25,571 bases of DNA from Armatimonadota bacterium (GTDB taxonomy: Bacteria > Sysuimicrobiota > Sysuimicrobiia > Sysuimicrobiales > Humicultoraceae): assembly GCA_052386995.1 (NCBI GenBank), contig JBQTJP010000068.1, positions 1-25,571 on the forward strand, in the 5' to 3' direction. Below the pieces are notes generated by a model that was given only the letters and a program-made list of their open reading frames with translations, was not told where the DNA came from and searched no databases. This document shows positions 9,407-18,763 of the stretch, piece after piece (position 1 is the stretch's first letter; every line of letters starts with the position of its first letter). A program made the translations under genes and the position numbers.

Positions 9407-11151
9407 AGTTTCCCTCCTCGCGCGTCGCCTGGAATGATGCTGGCCGCACTGGTGCGCTGCGCTCGCCCGAGCAGTTCGGCCGCGTACTCTCGGGCGACCG
9501 TCGCGGGCATGCGGCCGCTGAGCATGCGAGCGATCTCGCCGACGCGATCCTTGGCCTCGAGCGCACGCACCTGGACGCGGCCGCGGGCGCCGGCGGCCTC
9601 TTTCTCCACGAGCACGTGCCGGCCGGCCAGGCAGGCAACTTGAGGAAGACGCGTCACGCAGATGAGCTGCCGCGCGCGCGCGACCGCGTCGAGCACCTGC
9701 CCGAGCGCCCTCGCGGTTCGCGTCCCGACGCCCTCATCGATGTCGGCGCTGAGCATCGTCTGGATTCCACCGGCCGCGGCGAGGACGTGCCGGATGGTGA
9801 GCAGCACGCGCGCCAGATCCCCGCCCGAGACCGCCTGCTCGATGAGCTTCGGGGCCTCACCCGACGCCCCGCCGAGCAGGAAGGTCACCCGGTCGGCACC
9901 CGCGGGCCCGACCGCCACGCGCTGATCGCCCGTCAGTATGCCATCGGGATCGGGGTCGCGGGCGAACGTGACCGTCAACCGCAAACGCCCCATTTCGAGC
10001 GTGGCCAGCTGCGCGTCGACATCGGCCGCAAACCGCGCGGCCGTCTCGCGGCGGAGCACCGACAGACGCTCACACCGATCGGCCAGCTCGTGCTCCAGCG
10101 CGAGCATCTCGGAGGCGATCTGAGGACCACGCGCGTCGCTGCCCTGCAGCGTCGAGAGGGTCGATGAGGCCTGAGCGCGGAATTTGAGCATTGCATCGAC
10201 GGAATCTCCGTATTTCTGCCGCAGGCCGCGCAGCACGTCCAGGCGGTGGTTGATTGCCGCGAGCTCGCCCGGCCGCGCCTCGACTCCCGTCACATACTGG
10301 CCAAGTTCATCGGTCACCTGGGCGAACTCGCCGGCCAGCGCCTCCAGCCGATCGGCGATTCGCCCCAGCAGCGGGTCGACGGAGGCGACGTCGCGAAGGG
10401 CCGCCTTCGCCCGACCCAGCGGATCCGTGGCGGCCTGCCCTTCGGCCTCCGTGAGTGCGGTATAGGCGTCGCGGGCCGATGCGGCAAGCCTCTCGGCATT
10501 GAGCAGCCGGGCGCGACGTGCCGCGAGAGCTTCATCCTCTCCGGGCTGGGGCGCGGCGGCGTCGATCTCACGTACCTGCTGCGTCAGAATGTCGATGTGC
10601 TTGAGGCGGTCACGCTCGGCATCCTTCAGCGACTGCTGCTCGGCACGCAGTGCCTGCCGCCGCTCCAGCCGCTCGGCAATCTCCCCGCGGAGTGCATCGA
10701 GGGAGGGGCTGCCGAACGCATCCAGAACGTCCCTCTGCGCCGAGGGACGCAGCAGCCTGCCGCTCCCCTGCGCAGCGTTGACCTCGATCAGGAGATCGCC
10801 GAGGACCTGGAGCGCTTCGAGGGGCATCTCACGGCTGTTGACCCTCGTCCGCGAGCGCCCGTCGGCAGCGACCTCGCGGGTGACCACGAGATCGCGGGTG
10901 CCCAGCCCCTGGGCGCGCAACCACTGTTCCGCGGGGCTTTCGGCCGTGAGCGCAAAGCGGGCCTCGAGGGAGGCGCTGGCGCGCGGCCGGACCGCATCCG
11001 CGGCAACGGGGCCGCCGAGCGCGGCGCCGATAGCATCGATCAGCGTCCGCGCCGCGGCTTCGTCGCCGCTGACGACGTTGAAGCCGGGTCCGAACTCGAC
11101 GGCGACCGCTTCGAACGGTCCGAAGTCCTTGATCCGCACTCCGGTTAGCAT
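9403..11151 (-). CDS. recN: RecN-like SMC-family protein with degenerate ATPase motifs
   Basis: 582 aa head-coiled coil-head architecture with RecN landmarks ([46 protein letters not shown]); nadK-recN synteny. Walker A/B, Q-loop and H-switch are altered (see findings). Confidence 0.88.
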   Translation of the reverse strand: MLTGVRIKDFGPFEAVAVEFGPGFNVVSGDEAAARTLIDAIGAALGGPVAADAVRPRASASLEARFALTAESPAEQWLRAQGLGTRDLVVTREVAADGRSRTRVNSREMPLEALQVLGDLLIEVNAAQGSGRLLRPSAQRDVLDAFGSPSLDALRGEIAERLERRQALRAEQQSLKDAERDRLKHIDILTQQVREIDAAAPQPGEDEALAARRARLLNAERLAASARDAYTALTEAEGQAATDPLGRAKAALRDVASVDPLLGRIADRLEALAGEFAQVTDELGQYVTGVEARPGELAAINHRLDVLRGLRQKYGDSVDAMLKFRAQASSTLSTLQGSDARGPQIASEMLALEHELADRCERLSVLRRETAARFAADVDAQLATLEMGRLRLTVTFARDPDPDGILTGDQRVAVGPAGADRVTFLLGGASGEAPKLIEQAVSGGDLARVLLTIRHVLAAAGGIQTMLSADIDEGVGTRTARALGQVLDAVARARQLICVTRLPQVACLAGRHVLVEKEAAGARGRVQVRALEAKDRVGEIARMLSGRMPATVAREYAAELLGRAQRTSAASIIPGDARGGKL

Positions 11152-12014
11152 TACCGCTCTCCCCAGGCCAGCTTCGTGCGGAGGATACTGTAGAAGCTGG
11201 GCGCGCGCAAGCGGACCAGACGGGCGCGTACCTCTGCACGGCGCACGATCACGCGCTCTCCATCTCGTAGCGGAAAGCTCTCCTGACCATCGACACTGAG
11301 CCGCGTGTCGTCGCCGGCCTCGAGTGGCTCCACCGTCACCGCCGCGCCTCCGGAGACGACCACCGGACGCGCCGTCAGCGTATGGGGGCAGATCGGCGTC
11401 ACGACGATGACATCGACCTGAGGATGGACAATCGGCCCGCCCGCCGACAGCGAATAAGCCGTCGATCCGGTTGGGGTGGCGACGATCACGCCGTCGGCGG
11501 GATAGGTCGAGAGGTGCTCGCCGTTGACCCAGGTCGCGACCCGCACCAGGCGGGCGACGCCCGTCTTAGCGACGACCATGTCGTTGAGGGCTACGCAGCG
11601 CCGCCGTACGGTCTCGCCATCGGCAATCTCCGCCGACAGCATGGCCCGCTCGTCGATGCTGCTCGCGCCGGCGGTGACGCGATCGATCGCCGCGGGCAGT
11701 TCGTCGAGCGCAACCTCGGCCAGGAATCCGAATCCTCCCATGTTGACGCCCAGGATGGGAACCCGGCCCGCAGCCAGCCGCGCCGCGGACAGAATCGTCC
11801 CGTCTCCACCGAGGACAACCAGCAAGTCGCCATCCGCGAGCAGCGCCTCGTCCCCGACCGCCAGGTCTGACCGCTTGGCCAGCGCCGCCCCCGCCGCATT
11901 CATCCGCACCACGGCGCCGCGCTCGTCCAGCAGACGCAGGGCGTCGGCGAGCAGCGCGGGGGCCTGCGGGTACGCGGAAAACCTGGCCGGGTTTACCAGC
12001 ATGCCTATCCGCAT
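11151..12014 (-). CDS. nadK: NAD(+) kinase
   Basis: VLGGDGTIL, GVNMGGFGFL, ALND, ADGVIVATPTGSTAYSLSAGGP, PICPH, DGQ. ATG at 12014 overlaps the tlyA stop (TGATG); GTG at 12017 is an alternative start. Confidence 0.95.
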   Translation of the reverse strand: MRIGMLVNPARFSAYPQAPALLADALRLLDERGAVVRMNAAGAALAKRSDLAVGDEALLADGDLLVVLGGDGTILSAARLAAGRVPILGVNMGGFGFLAEVALDELPAAIDRVTAGASSIDERAMLSAEIADGETVRRRCVALNDMVVAKTGVARLVRVATWVNGEHLSTYPADGVIVATPTGSTAYSLSAGGPIVHPQVDVIVVTPICPHTLTARPVVVSGGAAVTVEPLEAGDDTRLSVDGQESFPLRDGERVIVRRAEVRARLVRLRAPSFYSILRTKLAWGER

Positions 12015-12895
12015 CACTCGGCCCCGGCCGACCCGGTGACGATGCGTGTACCGGCGGGCTCTCCACTTCGCACGGCCTGCCTGATCGCCTCAGTTGAATT
12101 ATCGACCGAACCTTGGGCGGACAGTCTCTCCTTGACGGCAAGAACGAAGAACTCCCGATTGCCCTGCGGGCCCAGCAGCGGTGAAGGAACGATGCCCATC
12201 GGGGTCAGGCCGAGAGCGCGGACGTCGCCGATCACCCGGCGCAGAACCTCCTCGTGAACCGCCGGATCTCGGACGACCCCTCGCGGCGCGGCTTTGGGCC
12301 CGGCTTCAAACTGCGGTTTCACCAGGGCGACGACCCGGCCGCCTTCGCGCAGCAACGCCGCTACGGCCGGCAGGACCTTCGAGAGCGAGATGAAAGAACA
12401 ATCGACCGTGGCCAGGTCAATGGGCTCCGGCAGATCGCCCGGGCGAAGGCGCGCCGCGTGGCGGCCTTCCAGCACCACGACGCGGGCATCCCGCCGCAGG
12501 CGCCAGTGCAGCAGTCCCCGCCCAACATCGACCGCGTAGATGCGGCTTGCCCCGCGCTGTAGCAGGCAGTCGGTAAAGCCGCCCGTGGACGATCCGACGT
12601 CCAGAGCGACAAGGCCGGCCGGGGCCACGCCAAAGGCATCGAGGGCCGCCGCGAGCTTGATCCCTCCGCGGCTCACATAGATACCTCCGCGGGCGCGGCG
12701 CTCCACGGCCGCGCCCTGGGGAACCAGCACCCCCGGCTTGTCCTTGCGCATCCCGTCGACGAAGATCTCCCCGGCTCGAATGGCCGACTCGGCCTGATGC
12801 CGGCTGGGCGCGAGCCCGCGGGCCACCACCAGGTGATCGAGGCGGATGCGGCCGGCCGCGGGTCTTGCACGGGCCACCCGAGCCGGAGCCGCCAC
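12014..12895 (-). CDS. tlyA: TlyA family rRNA (cytidine-2'-O)-methyltransferase
   Basis: S4 domain RLDHLVVARGLAPSR, YVSRGGIKL, LDVGSSTGGFTDCLLQRGA, DCSFISL, LVKPQFE, GNREF. Start uncertain (GTG 12895 or 12877); the listed ORF extension overlapping ispA is spurious. Confidence 0.92.
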   Translation of the reverse strand: MAAPARVARARPAAGRIRLDHLVVARGLAPSRHQAESAIRAGEIFVDGMRKDKPGVLVPQGAAVERRARGGIYVSRGGIKLAAALDAFGVAPAGLVALDVGSSTGGFTDCLLQRGASRIYAVDVGRGLLHWRLRRDARVVVLEGRHAARLRPGDLPEPIDLATVDCSFISLSKVLPAVAALLREGGRVVALVKPQFEAGPKAAPRGVVRDPAVHEEVLRRVIGDVRALGLTPMGIVPSPLLGPQGNREFFVLAVKERLSAQGSVDNSTEAIRQAVRSGEPAGTRIVTGSAGAE

Positions 12896-12902
12896 AGCGT
12901 CG

Positions 12903-13841
12903 CTACGCCTCCCGCACGAGGAGTGCGCGCGCCAGCTGCTGGAGCACGCCGGTTCGTGGACCGAGGATATGGAGCGCAGCAATCGCACGCTCCGTTTCAA
13001 TCCCCGCGATCGACCGCGATTCGTCGATGCCAAACGCCGCCGGAAACGTGAGCTTGGCACGGGCGGCGTCCGCTCGCGCGTCCTTGCCGAGCACCGCGGC
13101 CTCGCCCGTTTCATCGAGCACGTCGTCGATGATCTGAAACGCCAGGCCAAGATGCTCGCCGTACGTCGACAGCGCCCGAAGGTGCTCCGGACTCGCGCCG
13201 GCGAGGATCGCGCCGGCACGGACCGACGCGCGGATCAGGGCCGCGGTCTTCCATCTGTGGATTCTGTTGACGCCGTCGGAGGGGATCTCGGGCCACCGCC
13301 CCAGGCGCGCGAGCACCGGCCGGTTCTCCGCCAGGAGATCGAGCACCTGGCCGCCGACCATTCCCTGCGTGCCGATCGCGGTCGCCACGTCTTCGATCAC
13401 CTGGATCGTTCGCGCCGGCCCGGCGGTGCCCGCCGTCTTCGCCAGCAGCTCGAACGCGAGCGCGTGCAGGGCGTCACCCGCAAGCACAGCCAGCGCCTCT
13501 CCGAAGGCGACGTGGCATGTCGGCTGGCCGCGGCGGATCGCCGAGTCGTCCATCGAGGGCAGATCGTCGTGGATCAGCGAGTACGTGTGGATCAGTTCAA
13601 CGGCGCACGCGGTGTCGAGCACGTCGTCGATCCGGCCGCCGACGGCCTCGGCGCCGGCGACGACGAGCATGGGCCGCAGCCGCTTGCTGCCGGCGAAGAG
13701 GCTGTAGCGCATCGCCGCATGCAGCGGCCCTGGGAGCACATCCGCCGTCGGCAGCGCCGCATCGAGCGCGGCGTCGACCATCCGTGTGCGCGAGGCCAGA
13801 TAGGATGACAGATCAAGCGGCGGGGCCGCGCGCTCAGCCAT
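12903..13841 (-). CDS. ispA: Short-chain polyprenyl (farnesyl/geranylgeranyl) diphosphate synthase
   Basis: KRLRP, ELIHTYSLIHDDLPSMD, RRGQPTCH, GGQVLD, KTAAL, AFQIIDDVLD, GKD. Confidence 0.93.
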   Translation of the reverse strand: MAERAAPPLDLSSYLASRTRMVDAALDAALPTADVLPGPLHAAMRYSLFAGSKRLRPMLVVAGAEAVGGRIDDVLDTACAVELIHTYSLIHDDLPSMDDSAIRRGQPTCHVAFGEALAVLAGDALHALAFELLAKTAGTAGPARTIQVIEDVATAIGTQGMVGGQVLDLLAENRPVLARLGRWPEIPSDGVNRIHRWKTAALIRASVRAGAILAGASPEHLRALSTYGEHLGLAFQIIDDVLDETGEAAVLGKDARADAARAKLTFPAAFGIDESRSIAGIETERAIAALHILGPRTGVLQQLARALLVREA

Positions 13842-14132
13842 CGTGATCGGTTCGAATCCTGAAGTCGGTCTGGCCTCGCGGCTCCTCCCAGTCCAGGGTG
13901 ACCTCGCTGACGGCCGCTCCGGGAGGACCTTCCCGTACCGTCTCGATCATCGCCTGCACGTTGCCGGCCGGTCCCTCAACCGCCACCTCTACCCGCCGGT
14001 CGGACAAGTTTCGCACGAAACCGGCTAGGCTGAGTGCGCGCGCGCGTCGCTGCACGAAAAATCGAAACCCCACTCCCTGAACGTGACCGTGCACCCACAG
14101 GTGGGCGCGCACCCGCGGGCAGGGATCGGGCG

Positions 14133-14136
<4 letters not shown>
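13834..14136 (-). CDS. acyP: Acylphosphatase
   Basis: VHGHVQGVGFR, GFVRNL, VEVAVEG, GPPGAAV. Confidence 0.92.
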
Positions 14137-14567
<431 letters not shown>

Positions 14568-14674
14568 CGCGCGGCCTCAAAAACGGCGCAGCCACCGCAG
14601 CGGTGCCGACCGCGACCTCCTGGCGACGGAGCTCGTGAGTCGGAACATGCCCGTGGGTGGTCCTGCACGACAGT

Positions 14675-14683
14675 ATTTTACCA
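14675..14683 (-). promoter_or_regulatory. Candidate extended -10 promoter (TGGTAAAAT) upstream of nusB
   Basis: TGnTAAAAT in the efp-nusB spacer, a rare AT-rich patch; the -35 is weak (TTCCCC at 17 nt). Confidence 0.5.
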
Positions 14684-14750
14684 GCAGCCGTCAGGAAGGG
14701 GAATCATGCGCCCCGCGGGTACGATTCGAGGGCGGCCGGGGTGGAGCGAC

Positions 14751-15311
14751 TCAGAACGCTCGCTCGAGATACTCTCCGGTGCGCGTGTCGACGCGGACCA
14801 CATCCCCCTGCTGCACGAACAGCGGCACCTGAACCGTGGCTCCGGTCTCCAGGCGGGCGGGCTTGGATCCGCCCGAGGCGGTATCGCCCCGGATGCCCGG
14901 CGGCGTCTCCACCACGGCCAGCTCGACCGTGTTCGGCAGCTCGACGGCGATCGGCCGGTCCTCGTAATGGACGACGGTGACCACGGTGTTATCCTTCATG
15001 AAGCGCGTGGCATCCCCCAGCAGATCGGCGCTCAGGCTCACCTGCTCGAACGACCGCTCGTCCATGAACACGTAGTCGGCATCCTGATGGTACAGGTATT
15101 GCATATCCCGCCGCTCGAGGAATGCGTGCGGCACGCGCTCGCCGGCGTTGAAGGTGCGCTCGGTGATGGCCCCTGTCTTGAGGTTGCGCACGCGCGCGCG
15201 GACGTAGGCGCTGCCGCGGCCCCGCTTGACGTGCTGTGACGCCACGATCGCGTACAGCTCGCCGTCGAGCGTTACGACGACCCCGGGTCGGAAATCATTC
15301 GACGAGATCAC
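14751..15311 (-). CDS. efp: Elongation factor P
   Basis: [67 protein letters not shown]. Confidence 0.97.
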   Translation of the reverse strand: MISSNDFRPGVVVTLDGELYAIVASQHVKRGRGSAYVRARVRNLKTGAITERTFNAGERVPHAFLERRDMQYLYHQDADYVFMDERSFEQVSLSADLLGDATRFMKDNTVVTVVHYEDRPIAVELPNTVELAVVETPPGIRGDTASGGSKPARLETGATVQVPLFVQQGDVVRVDTRTGEYLERAF

Positions 15312-16402
15312 GCGCTCACCTCATGCAGGGTCTTGGGAAGATGGGTGAGCACGTCGCATCCGCTGTCGGTGACGACGACCAGGTCCTCGATACGGACGCC
15401 GCCCCAGCCCGGCAGATAAATCCCCGGCTCCACGGTCACGACCGCGCCGGCAGGCACCGATGCCTCTTCACGCGGGGACAGCGTGGGGCCTTCATGCACC
15501 GCCAGCCCTACCCCGTGGCCGAGGCTGTGCCCGAACGCTTCGCCGAACCCGGCCTCCGTGATGAGGATTCGGGCCACGGCGTCGGCCTCGCGGCCCAGCA
15601 TCCCCGCGCGCAACTTCTCCAGCGCGGCCATCTGCGCCGAGAGCACGACGTCGTAGACCCGGCGGTGCTGCTCGCTGACGGGCGCGGTCACGAGAGTGCG
15701 GGTGCAGTCGGAATTATAGCCGGATGTGACCGCGCCGAAATCGATCGAGACAAACTCTCCGTTCCCGATGACGCGGTCTGAGGCGATACCATGGGGAAGG
15801 GCTGAGCGCGGCCCCGAGGCGACGATGAGATCGAACGGCATGCGCTCCGACCCGCGCCGCCGGAGCTCGTACTCCAGCGCCGCTGCGATCTCTCGCTCGA
15901 TCGCCCCCGGGCGGATCGCGGGCAGCACGGCGGCAAACGCCGCATCAGCGATGGCGGCGGCCCGGCGCATCGCGTCGATCTCGTCGGGGCCCTTCTGCCA
16001 TCTGAGATGATCCAACCCTTCTAACGGACTGATCTCGGCGGGCTCGAGGGCGTTTTGCAGCCGCCTGAACGACCCCACGGGCATCGCATCCGCTTCGACG
16101 CCGATCCGCCGCACTGCCGTCTCACGGAGCACGCCCGCGGCGGCATCAATGAGCGGCCCGTTCGCCTTCACGCGCCGGCACAGGGGCGCCTGAGCCGCGG
16201 CCTGCTCCAGGTATCGAAAGTCCAGGATCAGGTAGACCTCGGGTTGGGTGACGATCGCGATCCCTGCCGAGCCGGCGAATCCGGTCATGTAGGTCACGTT
16301 CTGCGGCTTCGTCAGGACCACGGCGTCGAGGCCGGCGGCGCCGACGCGGGCGCGCAGGCGCGTCAGGCGATCGGTCCCGGCGACGGCGACGGGGGCGGAC
16401 AT
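15308..16402 (-). CDS. Xaa-Pro aminopeptidase/dipeptidase (M24B, YqhT/PepP-like)
   Basis: Creatinase N-domain plus metal ligands [42 protein letters not shown] 16402 is preferred because the promoter overlaps the listed 16423 start. Confidence 0.92.
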   Translation of the reverse strand: MSAPVAVAGTDRLTRLRARVGAAGLDAVVLTKPQNVTYMTGFAGSAGIAIVTQPEVYLILDFRYLEQAAAQAPLCRRVKANGPLIDAAAGVLRETAVRRIGVEADAMPVGSFRRLQNALEPAEISPLEGLDHLRWQKGPDEIDAMRRAAAIADAAFAAVLPAIRPGAIEREIAAALEYELRRRGSERMPFDLIVASGPRSALPHGIASDRVIGNGEFVSIDFGAVTSGYNSDCTRTLVTAPVSEQHRRVYDVVLSAQMAALEKLRAGMLGREADAVARILITEAGFGEAFGHSLGHGVGLAVHEGPTLSPREEASVPAGAVVTVEPGIYLPGWGGVRIEDLVVVTDSGCDVLTHLPKTLHEVSA

Positions 16403-16411
16403 ACAGGCCGT

Positions 16412-16440
16412 AGCATACGTCACGGGACCGCCGCTTTCAA
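16412..16440 (-). promoter_or_regulatory. Sigma70-type promoter TTGAAA-N17-TATGCT for the peptidase-efp unit
   Basis: Minus strand: TTGAAA (16440-16435), 17-nt spacer, TATGCT (16417-16412), then ATG after 9 nt. Confidence 0.65.
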
Positions 16441-16503
16441 CGGCTCAGACCCGTCGGTAGTGGCCTGGTGGTTAAACTGTCCGCTACCGCCGGCCACGCA
16501 GGA

Positions 16504-16532
16504 CGAAAGGGCGGCCGGTGGTGGCCGCCCTT
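16504..16532 (-). terminator. Probable intrinsic terminator of the pilP-pilQ-TPR transcript
   Basis: Perfect 10-bp stem AAGGGCGGCC-ACCACC-GGCCGCCCTT with only a short U tail, about 30 nt after the TPR gene stop. Confidence 0.6.
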
Positions 16533-16563
16533 CGAGCACCGTGCGGAGCAGCGTGCTACGCCG

Positions 16564-17004
16564 TCACGGTCCGATGGCGGGTCCTGGTGTCAGCCACTCG
16601 GGCCGGGTGCGCTGGCGCAGCTGGTCCTTGACCGCCTCCGCCTTGTCGTACTCGCCGGCTGAGGTCAGGGCATCGATGAGAATCCCATACACTCCCAGGT
16701 GGCTCGGGTCGAGCTTGAGCGACTCCGTCAGGGACGCGATCGCCCGGGGCAAGTAGCCCGTGGCGTAGGGCGCGATGCCTGACCTCGACTGCCGGTACCC
16801 TTCGAAGTACGCCACGCCGAGCCAGTAGTGCGCCCGGGCGTTGCGGGCGTCGGCCTGGATGGCCTGCTGGTACGGCTGGATGGCCCGCATGAACTCGGCT
16901 TCGGTCCGGTAGAGCCGCGTGGCATTGAACACCGGGAGCGCCTGCGCGGCCGCCATCGCCGTCAGGGCACCCACGAGGAACGCGCTCAGGATGACAAGGC
17001 GCAT
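16564..17004 (-). CDS. Secreted TPR-like protein
   Basis: SPI-type signal (MRLVILSAFLVGALTAMAAAQA); TPR-like helices AIQPYQQAIQADARNARAHYWLGVAY and AIASLTESLKLDPSH...GEYDKAEAV; SD GGGAGGAG. Confidence 0.8.
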   Translation of the reverse strand: MRLVILSAFLVGALTAMAAAQALPVFNATRLYRTEAEFMRAIQPYQQAIQADARNARAHYWLGVAYFEGYRQSRSGIAPYATGYLPRAIASLTESLKLDPSHLGVYGILIDALTSAGEYDKAEAVKDQLRQRTRPEWLTPGPAIGP

Positions 17005-17017
17005 CGACGGCTCCTCC

Positions 17018-18763
17018 CTACGGGCGCGGGGTCGCGGCGGGCGTCGGCGCGCCGGGACCAGGCAAGAGTAGCGGAGTGATGATGAAGATGACTTCCGTGT
17101 CCCTCCGGTCCACGCTGGTGTACCGGAACAAGTTGCCGATGAGCGGAATATCCCCGAGGAGCGGGACCTTGATGACGTTGATGCGCTCCTGCGTACTGAT
17201 CAGTCCGCCGATGATGATCGACTCCCCGCTGCGAACCGTCACCGTCGTGGTCGCCTTGCGGGTAGAGAGCCGCGGGATGTTCCCGGGCTGCAGCAGTGTG
17301 ATGACCGACGAGACCTCGGGCGACACCCGGGTCGTGATCAGACCGTCGCGGTTGACCTTTGGCAGGATCTTCAGGATCACGCCGACGGGCTTGAACGAGA
17401 ACGTGACACGGCCGCTGGCGTCGGTCGCCGGGATCGGAATTTCCTCACCCAGGTTTACCTCGGCCTCGTTGTTGTCCAGCACCGCCACGCGCGGTGCGCT
17501 GAGCACGCGCGCCTTCTTCTGATCGATCAGCGCGGTGAGCGCGGCAAAGATGGTGAAGCCGGCGACGCCAACCTGAATCTGACCTCCACTCGAGGTGGCG
17601 GGAGGCGGCGTGCCCGTGATCTGGATCACGTTTGTCGGCGGATCGCCGGTCAGTCCCCACCGGAGGCCCAGGTTCCGGAGATCTTCAACGCTGATGTCCA
17701 CGACCCGGGCTTCGATCATAACCTGGGCGAGCTGGATGTCCAGACCGGCCAGAATCTTGCGCACTTCCTCGTGCTGCGCCTGCGTCCCAACCACGACGAT
17801 CTGATTGGACCGGGCGTCCTGGGTCACGCGGATGCCCGGCACAGACGCGCGGACTGTGTCGGCGACCTCCCGGGCGACGCCGAACCCAATCGAGTACGTG
17901 ATCGCCTCGGGCGTCTCAGGCGGGGGCACGAGCTTGTCCGCGGACATGATGATGAGGTTGCGACCGATGCGGCGGAATCCGAGGTTGTTGGCCTCCAGGA
18001 TGAACCGCAGAGCTTCCTCGCAGGACAGATCGATCAGACGCACGGTCACCATGCCCTTGACGGATGCGTCGGTTACGACGTTGATGTTGCAGGCCTTCGC
18101 CAGCGCGCTCAGCACATCGGCGAGCTCGCTACTACGAAACTCCATCGTGATCCGGCCCGGCGCGGCGGCGGGCGCCCCAGGGGGCGCGGCAGGCGTGGGC
18201 GTCACGGGAAGCGCCGGCGGGGCCGGAGGCTGCGCCTGCGCGACGGGCGGGAGCGGCGGCGGCGGGGCCGCAACCGCGGGTGCCGATACGGGCGCCAGTG
18301 CTGGTGCGGGCGCCGATACGGCGGCAACCTGCCCGCGTGAAGCGAACTTGGCCGTCAGAACCGCTGGCGCGGCCGTCGCCAGTGTGAACGGCAGGGCGTT
18401 GTCCATGTCGATCGCGACACGGACAATCGCCGGCCGGTCCTGGAATTGCCCGATCCTCACACGCGCCACGCCGCCCCGCTCTACATCGATAAGCGGGGGC
18501 ACGGCGGGGCCAACAAACGCGCCGGGAAGATCGATGACCAGGCGCGGAGGCGAGGATAGCTGCAGGGTTCGATAGGTCAGCGGACCGGTGCCGACAACCG
18601 TCAGCTGCACGGTGTCCCCGAAGACCTTCACCGTCACCTGCGTGATACGGACACCGCTGGCCTGCGGCGCCGCGTGCGGCACCGGCACGAGAGTCAGCGT
18701 GAGGGTGAAAGCTAGGATGCTGAGAAGTTTAGTTGAAGTGCGACGATGCGGCAGCGGCGACAT
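17018..18763 (-). CDS. pilQ: Type IV pilus secretin with AMIN domain, Pro/Ala linker, N domains and secretin core
   Basis: Signal peptide; AMIN (PPRLVIDLPG...VRIGQFQ...VRVAID); N0 (ITMEFRSSELADVL...INVVTDASVKGMVTVRL); DARSNQIVV; QVMIEARVV, LSAPRVAVLDN, GVILKILP, SGESIIIGGL, KVPLLGDIPLIGNLF, IFIITP. Confidence 0.92.
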   Translation of the reverse strand: MSPLPHRRTSTKLLSILAFTLTLTLVPVPHAAPQASGVRITQVTVKVFGDTVQLTVVGTGPLTYRTLQLSSPPRLVIDLPGAFVGPAVPPLIDVERGGVARVRIGQFQDRPAIVRVAIDMDNALPFTLATAAPAVLTAKFASRGQVAAVSAPAPALAPVSAPAVAAPPPPLPPVAQAQPPAPPALPVTPTPAAPPGAPAAAPGRITMEFRSSELADVLSALAKACNINVVTDASVKGMVTVRLIDLSCEEALRFILEANNLGFRRIGRNLIIMSADKLVPPPETPEAITYSIGFGVAREVADTVRASVPGIRVTQDARSNQIVVVGTQAQHEEVRKILAGLDIQLAQVMIEARVVDISVEDLRNLGLRWGLTGDPPTNVIQITGTPPPATSSGGQIQVGVAGFTIFAALTALIDQKKARVLSAPRVAVLDNNEAEVNLGEEIPIPATDASGRVTFSFKPVGVILKILPKVNRDGLITTRVSPEVSSVITLLQPGNIPRLSTRKATTTVTVRSGESIIIGGLISTQERINVIKVPLLGDIPLIGNLFRYTSVDRRDTEVIFIITPLLLPGPGAPTPAATPRP

